Virus record (IMG/VR): IMGVR_UViG_3300035493_000070 | Coordinates: 1 to 30,045 of that record | Length of the DNA stretch: 30,045 bases | Source: a virus | Lineage: Duplodnaviria > Caudoviricetes | Strand: one strand, 5' to 3' | Notes under the pieces: model-generated | What the model saw: the letters and a program-made list of their open reading frames with translations, nothing else | Told to the model about the DNA's origin: nothing | Databases searched by the model: none | Part shown: piece after piece, positions 1 to 9,026 of the stretch | How positions within the stretch are numbered: position 1 is the stretch's first letter | Layout of the letters: every line of letters starts with the position of its first letter | Made by a program: the position numbers and the translations under genes

Positions 1-198
1 CATTCCCACCGACTGCGGATCTGGATATATCTGTCTAGCCAAAGCCTGGCATTTCAATCGCTCGGTAGTGGCATTCGCTTGTAGGACTGGATCATCCGAA
101 TACGGTATCAGTTTGTATTTCGGTTGCTGCGTGGTGGCGCAACCGCTAACGAAGAGCGGTATTGCGGCGGTTATCGTAAGCAGTATTGCGCGTATCAT
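1..198 (-). CDS. Putative lipoprotein, 3' end runs off the window (MIRAILLTITAAIPLFVSG|CATTQQPKY...)
   Basis: ATG at 198 with AGGAAGGAA upstream. Basic N-terminus, hydrophobic stretch and VSGC lipobox. Frame is open to base 1. Not in the ORF track. Confidence 0.7.
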   Translation of the reverse strand, partial: MIRAILLTITAAIPLFVSGCATTQQPKYKLIPYSDDPVLQANATTERLKCQALARQIYPDPQSVGM

Positions 199-769
199 AA
201 TCAATGAGGTTCCTTCCTGTTGCTATTCCACCCTGCCAGAAGTCGGCTAGCGACTGGCCCTGGGTGGCGGCAGTATTCGCAGACAAATTAGCGGCAGTAT
301 TCATGCCGGCCATTGCTGCCCCATTGATATTATTACCCATACGCGCGGCATTGAGCAACCCATTAGACATGTTTTCACGCGCCGCCATCGATGCTCCGGC
401 CATGTCATACGCGTTCTGTGCCATACCGTTGGCGATCAAATCACCGGCTCCGCGTTGATACGCGCCACGTGATGGGTCGATACCTGACGTATTCATGGCG
501 CCTAAGCCCTGTGAAAGACTGTTCATCCCAGTAGCGTTAGTGCCGCCGGCTATACGGTTGATGTGCGCTGTGTCGCCTAGATTCTGCGCCAGGTTTATAT
601 AGCCCTCTTCAAGAGGACGATAAACCTGCGTGTGACGCTGATGCTGTGCTAGCGCCTGATCAAGCGACTGCAGTTCCTGGGCGGTAGGTTTATTCGCTGC
701 TTCCTGTGCGTCTGCTGAGGCTTTGTTGCTCAGCAAACTCATCCCCGCACCAATTAACGCTCCCCACAT
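146..769 (-). CDS. Putative internal virion / DNA ejection protein
   Basis: Gly/Ala/Asn-rich 207 aa protein starting MWGALIGAGMSLL, typical of podovirus ejection proteins. Lies downstream of capsid and adaptor genes. Confidence 0.55.
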   Translation of the reverse strand: MWGALIGAGMSLLSNKASADAQEAANKPTAQELQSLDQALAQHQRHTQVYRPLEEGYINLAQNLGDTAHINRIAGGTNATGMNSLSQGLGAMNTSGIDPSRGAYQRGAGDLIANGMAQNAYDMAGASMAARENMSNGLLNAARMGNNINGAAMAGMNTAANLSANTAATQGQSLADFWQGGIATGRNLIDYDTRNTAYDNRRNTALR

Positions 770-771
770 AC

Positions 772-1383
772 TTACAACCCTCCGTAGGCTACAGTTCGTT
801 TCACGTTGAATTTGTCCTTGTCACGCTCATTTGTGGCTTTATACACACCTGCTTCGTACGCTTTTCGGTACGCTGCGGCTAACTTGGCGTCGTTCCACCC
901 TTGAGGCATGGACAAGATACGGTACAGGGCACCGTCTGCAATGACAGACTGGTACTGCGCCAGTACAGTATCAGGAATGGAATTGATTGAGGACGTAGGC
1001 ACAAGAGTCATCTCCATGCGAACATCGCCGGTGCGATCGACTTTGGGGCCAATCATCAACTCGTCAGTGGTCGTCACGGAATAGAACTCAACCCCAGTAC
1101 GCCCTTCGTCCTGCATACCGCGTAGGATCATCTCTTCTACCGGCTGCAGGTCTTTAGTGCCCAGAGAGACCCGCAACATACGGGACATCCTGGTATATGG
1201 AAGCGTCTCAATATCGTAGAAGTTGAGATCCTTAACCAACATAACGGTGTCGGATACCCACTTCCACGTCTGAGTACGTGCATAGAAGTCGATAAGCGTC
1301 TGACGTACTTGGAGATCAATCACGCTTGATGGCACGCCAGGTACTAGCGGTAGGATACTTTCCCGGATGTCAGACACATACAT
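772..1383 (-). CDS. Putative head-tail adaptor protein
   Basis: 203 aa, position after the capsid gene. C-terminal 'IADGALYRILSMP..W.D..LA..Y...Y' pattern resembles podovirus adaptors (recognised by eye). Confidence 0.55.
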   Translation of the reverse strand: MYVSDIRESILPLVPGVPSSVIDLQVRQTLIDFYARTQTWKWVSDTVMLVKDLNFYDIETLPYTRMSRMLRVSLGTKDLQPVEEMILRGMQDEGRTGVEFYSVTTTDELMIGPKVDRTGDVRMEMTLVPTSSINSIPDTVLAQYQSVIADGALYRILSMPQGWNDAKLAAAYRKAYEAGVYKATNERDKDKFNVKRTVAYGGL

Positions 1384-1386
1384 TTA

Positions 1387-1725
1387 TCAGTCCTCTAACG
1401 CAGTGTCACGCATAGCTGCAGTGACAGGATAACCAAGGATTTCTTTGATCGCCGTAAGTTTTGGACGACCTTTTGAGTCGAACTTAGACGGATCACCCTC
1501 GGTGACAAGTGCCTCAATGGCTTCTTTTACAGCGAGCATGGCTTCGTCGCCTGCGGGAGTAGTGTCGATAACCACGTCCTGCTCGCCACCTACCGCCTTG
1601 GCGCCTTTTGCCAGCGCAATAGGTACTAATTCATCGCGTACATTTATAGGCTCGCCAGCCTTCATGCGAATAGCATGTCCACTAGTGGACGAAATATACA
1701 AATCAATCTGGGATACAAGTTTCAT
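1387..1725 (-). CDS. Hypothetical virion-module protein
   Basis: 112 aa ORF with GAGGA RBS, directly after the capsid gene. Confidence 0.75.
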   Translation of the reverse strand: MKLVSQIDLYISSTSGHAIRMKAGEPINVRDELVPIALAKGAKAVGGEQDVVIDTTPAGDEAMLAVKEAIEALVTEGDPSKFDSKGRPKLTAIKEILGYPVTAAMRDTALED

Positions 1726-1743
1726 CTTATGTCCTCATGGGAA

Positions 1744-1766
1744 CGACCCGGCCGAAGCCGGGATCG
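1744..1766 (-). terminator. UUCG-capped hairpin after the capsid gene (weak terminator or mRNA stabiliser)
   Basis: Minus strand CCCGGC-TTCG-GCCGGG with only a short U tail. Confidence 0.55.
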
Positions 1767-1785
1767 AACTTAGGTGATGGCCTAA

Positions 1786-2904
1786 TCAGATGGCTGTATC
1801 AAGCGCCAGAACAGCGTGGTCTTGAACGTCGCCAGTTTGGATGTTGTGGAACTGAGGCTTCTTGAAGCCCAAGATCTTACCAACAGAAATACCGTGCTGG
1901 TTGCCATAGTCGAAGGTCTTCTCTTCCCATGAAGGAGTTCCCAAGTCTGCCAGAGCAAGAGCCTGAGCACCTACCAACAGAGCACGAGCGCCGTTCACAT
2001 CACCAGCAGCACCCCACTTAGCACCGGCAGCAGCGCCAGTAGTGTTGTACACGTGACGGAATTCATGGATTACCAAACCATCCTGAGTCACGATACCGCC
2101 CGTGAACAGAGGGTTAGACTCACCACGGTTAGCACCAGAGCGGATGTTAGCCAGGTAATCTGGGTCCAGTTTCAACGCTTTCATCTGCATTGGGTGTAGG
2201 AACACGTGGTAGAACTCTTCGTTACCTTTAGTGAACGAAGCTGGGATGAAACGCTCTTTAGCTACAGCGCGAGCATTAACCAACATCTCGTAAGACACTT
2301 TGTCTTCCGCTGTTACAGCAGTGGTGTCACCAGCCACGAACGATTTAGCAGAAGTGTCCCACATCAAGTGGCGAGCAGAAGTAGGAGCAGCAACGTCTGC
2401 AGCAAAAGCCAAGTCGCTCAAGTTAGAGCCGGTAGCATTTACAGGACGAGCTGAACCGTTAGTGTTGTACTGATAGCCGATACCAGACAGAGTCAGGAAC
2501 GCCATTTGGTCGATACGGTCTGCCAACCAGAATGCCAGTTTATCTTTAGACTGGTCACGGAAGTTGATTACAGACTTCTGCATCGCCATCTTACCTTTGG
2601 TGCGGTTAGCGTGACGGATCTGATCGATGGTGATAACTTCATCGTACGCTTGCAGCGCTTCTTCGTTACCTTCCAGATCATAGTCGCCCATGATACCGTC
2701 AGTCTGCAGGTCAGTTACCAAAGAGATTACAGCGCGTTCACCACGCTCATCTTTAGTCAGTTCAGTGATACGCTGGAAGATTGAGTTAGAACCAGAACCG
2801 GCATATTGCATTACACGTGAACGCTCACGTGCGGCTTTCCACAGCATGCGAGACCATACCGTCTTTTTCTCTGTGGTTAGTAGTGTAAAGTCAGTGCGCG
2901 CCAT
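1786..2904 (-). CDS. Major capsid protein (N4-gp56 / DUF4043-like)
   Basis: 372 aa with motifs 'LEGNEEAL', 'IDQIRHA', 'NPLFTG', 'EEKTFDYGNQHGI'. Strong TAAGGAG RBS. Follows portal and scaffold. Confidence 0.88.
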   Translation of the reverse strand: MARTDFTLLTTEKKTVWSRMLWKAARERSRVMQYAGSGSNSIFQRITELTKDERGERAVISLVTDLQTDGIMGDYDLEGNEEALQAYDEVITIDQIRHANRTKGKMAMQKSVINFRDQSKDKLAFWLADRIDQMAFLTLSGIGYQYNTNGSARPVNATGSNLSDLAFAADVAAPTSARHLMWDTSAKSFVAGDTTAVTAEDKVSYEMLVNARAVAKERFIPASFTKGNEEFYHVFLHPMQMKALKLDPDYLANIRSGANRGESNPLFTGGIVTQDGLVIHEFRHVYNTTGAAAGAKWGAAGDVNGARALLVGAQALALADLGTPSWEEKTFDYGNQHGISVGKILGFKKPQFHNIQTGDVQDHAVLALDTAI

Positions 2905-2916
2905 CCTAATTTCTCC

Positions 2917-3477
2917 TTATGAATTTCGCGTAAATGAGTCGTTGTAAGTTAGCTTGTTAGACTTGGCCATGTTTTCACCGGCCGAGAGAACTTGAAGGTT
3001 GTCCTCACAATGAAGCCCGCACACTACTTCAGATATAAGCGGAACAATATGATCTACGTGGTATTGCTCACTGTCGGAGGACATTGAGTATGCCAGTTCG
3101 TAGATCGCCAAGATAGCATCTGCATTAGCCAAAAGAGGTGTGGCTTTCCGTTTCTGCGCTCGGCGTTTAGCCTCGGTAGCATTACGTCTGTGCCTATTCT
3201 GACTAGCCCACATGCGAATGTTGTTGGCTTGCCGTGTTCTGTTAGCCTCACACCATCTATTACGGCGTTTAGCTGCAGCCTCTCTGTTAGCCTCTCTCCA
3301 TTTTTTATCCGCTCGTCTATGTGACTCCCGAACTCTATCTGGATTTTCGGCTTTATATGCATTAACTCTCGCTAACGTGCAGGCCTTGCACTGTTGAGTT
3401 AATCCATCTTTGGTATCGCTACGTTTATAAAACTGATCTAGCGGTAGAGTTTCTTTGCATTTAGTACAAACTTTCAT
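2917..3477 (-). CDS. HNH homing endonuclease
   Basis: N-terminal CTKC...CKAC zinc motif; C-terminal 'HVDHIVPL...VCGLHCEDNLQVLSAGENMAKSN'. Confidence 0.9.
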   Translation of the reverse strand: MKVCTKCKETLPLDQFYKRSDTKDGLTQQCKACTLARVNAYKAENPDRVRESHRRADKKWREANREAAAKRRNRWCEANRTRQANNIRMWASQNRHRRNATEAKRRAQKRKATPLLANADAILAIYELAYSMSSDSEQYHVDHIVPLISEVVCGLHCEDNLQVLSAGENMAKSNKLTYNDSFTRNS

Positions 3478-3683
3478 TCGTTCTCCGAATCAAAGTAAAG
3501 TGACTTTTACGCTCGTCTAGCGGAAAACAACAGGCTTTGAGGAGGCCAGGACTCCGAGAGAATTGACGTATTCTCCCCGGACGAAAATGAATCAAGCGAT
3601 CGAAGCTCGCAGGCAGCTTTAACTAAAAGTTGGATGCACCGTGAGGAAGGACGAGTGCATCCAAAAGCAATGCGCTTAGCAGT

Positions 3684-3712
3684 AATATACCTAATAGGCA
3701 TACTACTGTCAA
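3684..3712 (-). promoter_or_regulatory. Sigma70-type promoter for HNH/capsid with overlapping 17-bp palindromic site (3686-3702)
   Basis: Minus strand TTGACA-17 nt-TATATT. The spacer and -10 contain TATGCCTATTAGGTATA. Confidence 0.8.
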
Positions 3713-3720
3713 TAAAATTA

Positions 3721-4689
3721 CTAACTCGCTAGTAATTTCTGGATCTGCTCCTCGCTCAACTTGTCGAACTCGGCCTCAGACATCGCCATTATGTCGATCT
3801 TAGGGGCTGAGTCGTTTGTTGGCGCCTTATCTGCGATGGATGGTGGCTGCTTGCTCAACGCATCCAGCTTGGCCTTATCCACGGGCGGCTTGGCTGCGGG
3901 CTTGGCTACAGGAGCTGGAGCCACCGCGGGTTGCGGCGCATACACACGAGTGGCTGCGCTCACCGCTTTACTGATAGCCACTACAGGGTTGTCGCCTTTG
4001 GCAAGAAAACCATCACGTAGTTCCATGGCGAAACCAAACGCTTCTTCGTTGAACTGATCGGACTTGCCGTCAAACATCGGGAATTCCCGGTTAATCTGGG
4101 CAACTTCGGACTGCACTGCCTGCATCATCTGCAAATTCTGCACTTCCTGCATCGACGCCTGCTTGGTAGAGTCCTGATACATCTTGGCTTCCGCCTGACG
4201 GATCTCCTGACGAATGGCTAGCGCCTTGTCCGTCTCACCATCAAGAATAGCGTCCATGTACTCGCGCTCTTTGGTCTCGAAATCGAAAGCAGGCGCTGGT
4301 GGTTCTTGAGGCTCAGCCTGTTTCGCCTTGCCTTCAAGCTCCATCAGTCGACGTTCAAGCTCTTCGTACTTGGTCTTGTACTCTTTACGCTCGTTGTTCA
4401 CCTCGTCGAAACGCGATTTAGGGATAGACTGAGTGCGTGTCTGTTCCTGTTCCGGCTCAGGTTCTGGTTCCGGCTCAGGTTCTGGTTCCGGCTCAGGTTC
4501 TGGAGTAGGCTCTGGTTCTGGTTCCGGCTCCTCTTCCTCTTTGACCTTGGCCTGCATCATAGGCGTGTCGTCGACATACGCCCCTTCAACATCCTCTTCG
4601 TAGATGGAGGCCATCTCTGAATCAGAGATGTCCAGGTCATCTGCGTGTACGCTTTCTTCAATCAATTCGTTAAATGGTTCTTTGCTCAT
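3721..4689 (-). CDS. Capsid scaffolding protein
   Basis: Acidic coiled-coil protein between portal and capsid, with 'IPKSRFDEVN' and C-terminal 'MSEAEFDKL'. Start MSKEP chosen from the AGGTG RBS. Confidence 0.78.
   Translation of the reverse strand: MSKEPFNELIEESVHADDLDISDSEMASIYEEDVEGAYVDDTPMMQAKVKEEEEPEPEPEPTPEPEPEPEPEPEPEPEPEQEQTRTQSIPKSRFDEVNNERKEYKTKYEELERRLMELEGKAKQAEPQEPPAPAFDFETKEREYMDAILDGETDKALAIRQEIRQAEAKMYQDSTKQASMQEVQNLQMMQAVQSEVAQINREFPMFDGKSDQFNEEAFGFAMELRDGFLAKGDNPVVAISKAVSAATRVYAPQPAVAPAPVAKPAAKPPVDKAKLDALSKQPPSIADKAPTNDSAPKIDIMAMSEAEFDKLSEEQIQKLLAS
4451..4530 (-). repeat. 18-bp tandem repeats encoding a (PE)n linker in the scaffold
   Basis: TCCGGCTCAGGTTCTGG(T) at 4451, 4469 and 4487, plus degenerate copies. 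Confidence 0.9.
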
Positions 4690-4703
4690 TGTCATCACCT
4701 ATC

Positions 4704-6809
4704 TTAGTTACTACGACCGCCCGGCGCTGCTGCCGAACGAACTTGGTTGTAACGGCCCACTTGGCCTTGTGGACCTTTTGCATCGCCTCGTTGCGCGGCA
4801 AGTCTTGCCTGCATGTTGGCGATTTCTTTCTTGCTGTCCAGCGTAGTTTGAGCTTTCGCCAGATCCGCTTGGATCTTGAGCAACTCCAACTGGTACTGAT
4901 CAGCATCGAACTCTGTGTCCTTCGCCTTAGCCATAGCCAACTCGGCCTGCGCTGCAAGGTTCTGGATCTTGGCTTGCAGCTCTTGCATCTGCAGTTGCGT
5001 CATCTGCATCTGGATCTGCTGCTGTTGCGCCATCATCTGTTGTTCTTCCGGAGTAGGATCAGCCTGACCCATCATGCGTTTGATGCGATCCGCGATCTCG
5101 GCCTTGTTCTCAAGCGTAGAGTAGCGAACCACCACGTCATCTGGCACCATTACCCCGGCGTTGCGCATGACGATAGCCTCGGCGAACTGGGTATCGTTGA
5201 AGTTGGCGCGTGAAGGTACACTCGATACAGTCACTCCATACTCACCCAAAGTCACGTTGTTGATGATCTGCCCGGTAACCGGGTCTTGCTTGTTGATCGC
5301 CACCGACTCTTGCTGCTCCTGGTTCACCGGATCGACGATGTGAATAACGCGCTCTTCGGTGTAGTACATCTGCACTAATGTCAGGATGTGCTTGGCCAGG
5401 ATCGCACGCGAACGGTTCAGGTTATCAAATGGAACCTGCAATGGGATCATGCCACGTGATAGTTTGGTCTCCAGCGCTCGACCTGATACGTTAGGAGAGT
5501 CAGTGCCAAGCATTGCATCCGTGATGCCGGAGATCTGTTTGATATCCATCGCTGCTTTCTGACCGATACGATCAAGGCCTGTAGGGATCTGGTTAGGCTG
5601 GATCTTCTGCAGACCGTTAGTGCCAGGCGCCACCTCGATGACGATACCAGTCTCGGCACCACGTGTTGCCAAGTCCTCAGTTGTCATGTTGGTCAGTGAG
5701 CCTTGCTCCACGATATAACCTGAGTTGGCTGTCGTGTTGACGATGTGCAGTTCTTGTGATTTGATCTTGTTGTACTGCTCCTGCGGAGACAGCAAGTTGC
5801 GAATAAGTCCCATAGGACGTCCGCGGCGGAAGTATGGGAAGTACGGAACGATAGTGAAGAAACTGTATGGCGACCAGTCGTCGTGCAGAACGGTTGTGTC
5901 GGCGGTGACGGTGTGGCGGATGCGCTGCTGGAATCGATTGGTGATAAGCAAGCCAGCCTTTTCTTTCAGCATCATCACCTTCTCTTCCGACCAGTCTTTA
6001 GGTACAGGGCGGGTGTCGCCGTTGTTGGGGTCAACGAATAGGCGAACTCGATCCATGCGCTTATACTGGCGATCGATTACGCGAACGCGTGTGATAGTAC
6101 GGCCCTCTTTGTCAGTCATCATCGACAGCTGCTCGTCTGTAGCCGGGTCGATGTCGCCGAATGAGTCCTCTTTCGAATACTCCACGCTATCTGCGCCGTA
6201 GGCTGTGGATAAGATAGCCGTCTCTTTAAGCTGCTTGGCGATCTTCTCTCCGTATAGTAGTGAGATCTCGCTGGTGCTCATCCACTTACTGACGATGACC
6301 TCTGACCAAGTGGATGGGTCGTACTCACGTGCGTCCGGGTCTAGCAAAACAGTGCGAGGGTCGACCGATGTGATGCGCACCTCACCATAAATGTTATCGG
6401 AGGTGTCCATGCGCACCTCGAAGTAGCCACGCTCCTCGATGATACCGTCAGCGAACACCTGCGACTCGACGTAGTCGTAGTTGTTGTTGTCCATGATCTG
6501 CTGCATGACCTTGGACAGTACGTCCGCAATCTGTTGCGGAGAGTCGTTACGTGGCACGAAGCGAATCTCAGCGCGCTTGTTGGCCTGCTCGCCCAGCACC
6601 GTGTTGACAGTAGGTAGGATCTGGTTGATTGTAAGTGCCGGTTTACCCTGCTCCTGAAGGATCTTCAGATCCTCTTCGTCCCACTGGTCGCCCAGATAGA
6701 AGCGGTTGCACTTGTCGGCCATATCGAGATAGTCGGTATGCCCGTTGTCTCTGGCGCGCTGGTAACGGCGGTAGTTGGATAACGCCAGGTCTTCGTCTTT
6801 CTTAGCCAT
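4704..6809 (-). CDS. Portal protein (P22-type, with Q-rich C-terminal coiled coil)
   Basis: 701 aa with 'FYLGDQW', 'PALTINQI', 'VPYFPY', 'GLIRNLLSPQEQYNK'. Follows the terminase. Confidence 0.9.
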   Translation of the reverse strand: MAKKDEDLALSNYRRYQRARDNGHTDYLDMADKCNRFYLGDQWDEEDLKILQEQGKPALTINQILPTVNTVLGEQANKRAEIRFVPRNDSPQQIADVLSKVMQQIMDNNNYDYVESQVFADGIIEERGYFEVRMDTSDNIYGEVRITSVDPRTVLLDPDAREYDPSTWSEVIVSKWMSTSEISLLYGEKIAKQLKETAILSTAYGADSVEYSKEDSFGDIDPATDEQLSMMTDKEGRTITRVRVIDRQYKRMDRVRLFVDPNNGDTRPVPKDWSEEKVMMLKEKAGLLITNRFQQRIRHTVTADTTVLHDDWSPYSFFTIVPYFPYFRRGRPMGLIRNLLSPQEQYNKIKSQELHIVNTTANSGYIVEQGSLTNMTTEDLATRGAETGIVIEVAPGTNGLQKIQPNQIPTGLDRIGQKAAMDIKQISGITDAMLGTDSPNVSGRALETKLSRGMIPLQVPFDNLNRSRAILAKHILTLVQMYYTEERVIHIVDPVNQEQQESVAINKQDPVTGQIINNVTLGEYGVTVSSVPSRANFNDTQFAEAIVMRNAGVMVPDDVVVRYSTLENKAEIADRIKRMMGQADPTPEEQQMMAQQQQIQMQMTQLQMQELQAKIQNLAAQAELAMAKAKDTEFDADQYQLELLKIQADLAKAQTTLDSKKEIANMQARLAAQRGDAKGPQGQVGRYNQVRSAAAPGGRSN

Positions 6810-6831
6810 TGTCCTATCTTCTCCTATAAAG

Positions 6832-8478
6832 TTAAGCGGTCATAGCGGACTTTCTTCTGGTAGAGGATCTGAGCTTATCCCTCCACCCTGTTTTCTTCGG
6901 CGCCTTCTTAGGCGTAAGCGCGACCATAGTCTCCAGCATCAAGTAGATCCATGACACCGAGTCCACGATGTCGTCATGCTTACCGGCCGGGAACGCCAGC
7001 ATCTCGTTCTGCGCGGCCTGGAACCAAGTGGCTGAATGTGGCCATAGCACCATGCCCTGCTGCATACGGCCCTGCAGTGGTCTAGCTCGCATCATCTTGT
7101 CTCGACGACCCGGCTTAAGGCGCTGAATGTTGATGAACTGTTTGCGTTCTCTCATGCGCTTGGCCAATAGCGGCCCAAGCGCCATCTCGATCTGGCTTGT
7201 CTCGATACCGACCATGCGCGCGTCGTAGTCCCTGGCCATGTCCAATATCTGCTCTACCAACTCGAATGCGTCCCACCGTCCACGGCGTATGTCCAGTACA
7301 TAGTGGTTATCGTTGTAGTCCACCCCGATGGTCGTTCCAACGGAGTAGTCGTTCTGTTCTTTTGTTCCGATCGCCAAGTCCCATGCCTGATAGATGGCCA
7401 GCTCCTCGAGCGGCGGTCTGTCAGACGGCTTGTACCCGTTGAACATCTCGCGTTTGAAGAAGTCACCGTCAGCCATTGTCGGGTTCTGCTGGTACAGCGC
7501 TTCCCAGTCCGACGGGTGCATGTTGCGTTTGATCTGCAACAGCTTGGCCAGGTCGTATCGTTCCGGGTGCAGCGCCTCGCCCTTCTTACGGTACAGCTCG
7601 TCCTCTTCGGCGATAGCCGGATAATGCACCACCTCGAACCGGTCGGCCTCCGGGTCGTCCTTCATGCGCTTGATAAGACGCCCGGCCAGGTCGTCCTCGT
7701 GCCAGCGCTGCATGATGAGCAGTATCCCACCGCCCGGCGCAAGACGTGTGTAGAACGCCGTGGTGTACCAGTCCCATACCGCCTCGCGGTTAGTCTCCGA
7801 CCATGCCGCCTCTTTGTTTGCGAACGGGTCATCGATTATGCCGATGTGCGCACCCTTACCGACGATACCCCCGCCGACACCGGCTGCACTATAGGTGCCA
7901 CCTTTGGACGTGCGCCAGGACTGCACTGACTTGGCGTCCGGGTCAAGACGGGTATCGAATACAGTCGTGTACTCGGGTATAGTCAATAGGTCTCGGGCTT
8001 TACGCGAGAAACCTTCCGCCAGTGATGCTGCATAGGAAGTGGAGATTATGTCCCACTCCGGATGATGCCCAAGTGCCCATGTAGGGAACTTGATAGAAGC
8101 GATCTCCGACTTACCGGCACGTGGCGGGATCTGCAGAATCAATCGAGGTGACTCTTTGTTCTCCACCTGCTTGATGAACTTCTCAAGACGAGCGCAGATG
8201 TCCATGTGTACCCAGCCGGGGATGTACCCTGGAGTGGTGCGCAGGATGAAAGGCAGAAGATGCTTTTTGGCCAACGCACGACGGGCCAACTCCTGTTTCA
8301 TGGCTGGCGCGGGTTTAACTTTCACTTCATGGGTAGGATCTTCGGCTTTCTTTTCAAGCTCTTCGATGAACGACTCATAGACCTCCCCGGTCTGCTGGGC
8401 AAGCTGTGCGTTGATCAGCTTTTCGCGGGCTTGTCTTTCGCGCTCGCGTAGCTCTTTCGCTGATGGGATGTCATTCAT
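6832..8478 (-). CDS. terL: Terminase large subunit
   Basis: Walker A 'PPRAGKS', Walker B 'IIDDP', 'QRWHEDDL', nuclease motifs 'WDLA' and 'HDDIVD'. Confidence 0.95.
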   Translation of the reverse strand: MNDIPSAKELRERERQAREKLINAQLAQQTGEVYESFIEELEKKAEDPTHEVKVKPAPAMKQELARRALAKKHLLPFILRTTPGYIPGWVHMDICARLEKFIKQVENKESPRLILQIPPRAGKSEIASIKFPTWALGHHPEWDIISTSYAASLAEGFSRKARDLLTIPEYTTVFDTRLDPDAKSVQSWRTSKGGTYSAAGVGGGIVGKGAHIGIIDDPFANKEAAWSETNREAVWDWYTTAFYTRLAPGGGILLIMQRWHEDDLAGRLIKRMKDDPEADRFEVVHYPAIAEEDELYRKKGEALHPERYDLAKLLQIKRNMHPSDWEALYQQNPTMADGDFFKREMFNGYKPSDRPPLEELAIYQAWDLAIGTKEQNDYSVGTTIGVDYNDNHYVLDIRRGRWDAFELVEQILDMARDYDARMVGIETSQIEMALGPLLAKRMRERKQFINIQRLKPGRRDKMMRARPLQGRMQQGMVLWPHSATWFQAAQNEMLAFPAGKHDDIVDSVSWIYLMLETMVALTPKKAPKKTGWRDKLRSSTRRKSAMTA

Positions 8479-8896
8479 CTTTTACGCTGTACTCAGATGG
8501 AGTCAGAGTGTGAATCTTCATGTCTGCCAATTCGAGCAGTTCTGCTGTAGACATGCCTTCGATCTCCTCGATTACATGCACGTTAGTGACACGATGATTC
8601 ACTTTCTCAGGCTCATATAGTCCATGCAGCTTGCCCAATTCACGGATAGCTGCGATTTCTTCTGTTGCCGTAGCGCTCTTTCTGTGGGCTTCGAACAACA
8701 TCTGTGTAAGGTGATCACGTGTTACCTTGACGGTCATCAGCGAAGAGTCGTTGATTTCCTTCATGGCTTCCTGCACGTGTTGTCTATCGAATACTGATGG
8801 TGATTTGAACCCTGCCGCTTTGGCGGCCGCTGCTTTGCTAAAGCCGTTGGCTAAATAGCGTAGTGCCTGCGTTTCTTGTTCAGTGAGCATCGTCAT
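8471..8896 (-). CDS. terS: Terminase small subunit (likely start MTMLTEQ at 8896)
   Basis: Overlaps the terL start. N-terminal HTH-like 'SKAAAAKAAGF' and 'AIRELGKLHGLY' motif. Confidence 0.8.
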   Translation of the reverse strand: MTMLTEQETQALRYLANGFSKAAAAKAAGFKSPSVFDRQHVQEAMKEINDSSLMTVKVTRDHLTQMLFEAHRKSATATEEIAAIRELGKLHGLYEPEKVNHRVTNVHVIEEIEGMSTAELLELADMKIHTLTPSEYSVKDE

Positions 8897-8903
8897 ATGC
8901 CGA

Positions 8904-8933
8904 ATTATACCTAATAGGCATAGTATGACGCAA
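8904..8933 (-). promoter_or_regulatory. Sigma70-type promoter for terS with overlapping 17-bp site (8906-8922)
   Basis: Minus strand TTGCGT-18 nt-TATAAT. The 17-mer is identical to the one at 3686-3702. Confidence 0.7.
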
Positions 8934-8940
8934 GGCATTG

Positions 8941-9026
8941 AAAAATTTTCAAAAAATTTTTTGTCGTTTGAAATTTTTTAAAAATTTTTTGTCGTTTGAA
9001 ATTTTTTAAAAATTTTTTGTCGTTTT
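8941..9026. repeat. 28-bp A/T-tract tandem repeat, about 3 copies
   Basis: Unit AAAATTTTTTGTCGTTTGAAATTTTTTA; the GTCGTTT core is at 8963, 8991 and 9019. Confidence 0.92.

Noticed and set aside
2917-3680. HNH plus structured RNA as a group I intron
   Set aside because: The flanking genes are complete and uninterrupted, and I could not find group I core elements.
4451-4530. (PE)n repeat as a novel element
   Set aside because: An ordinary low-complexity linker in a scaffolding protein.
204-8620. Many plus-strand ORFs antisense to structural genes
   Set aside because: Shadow frames of the real minus-strand genes, with no motifs or RBS.
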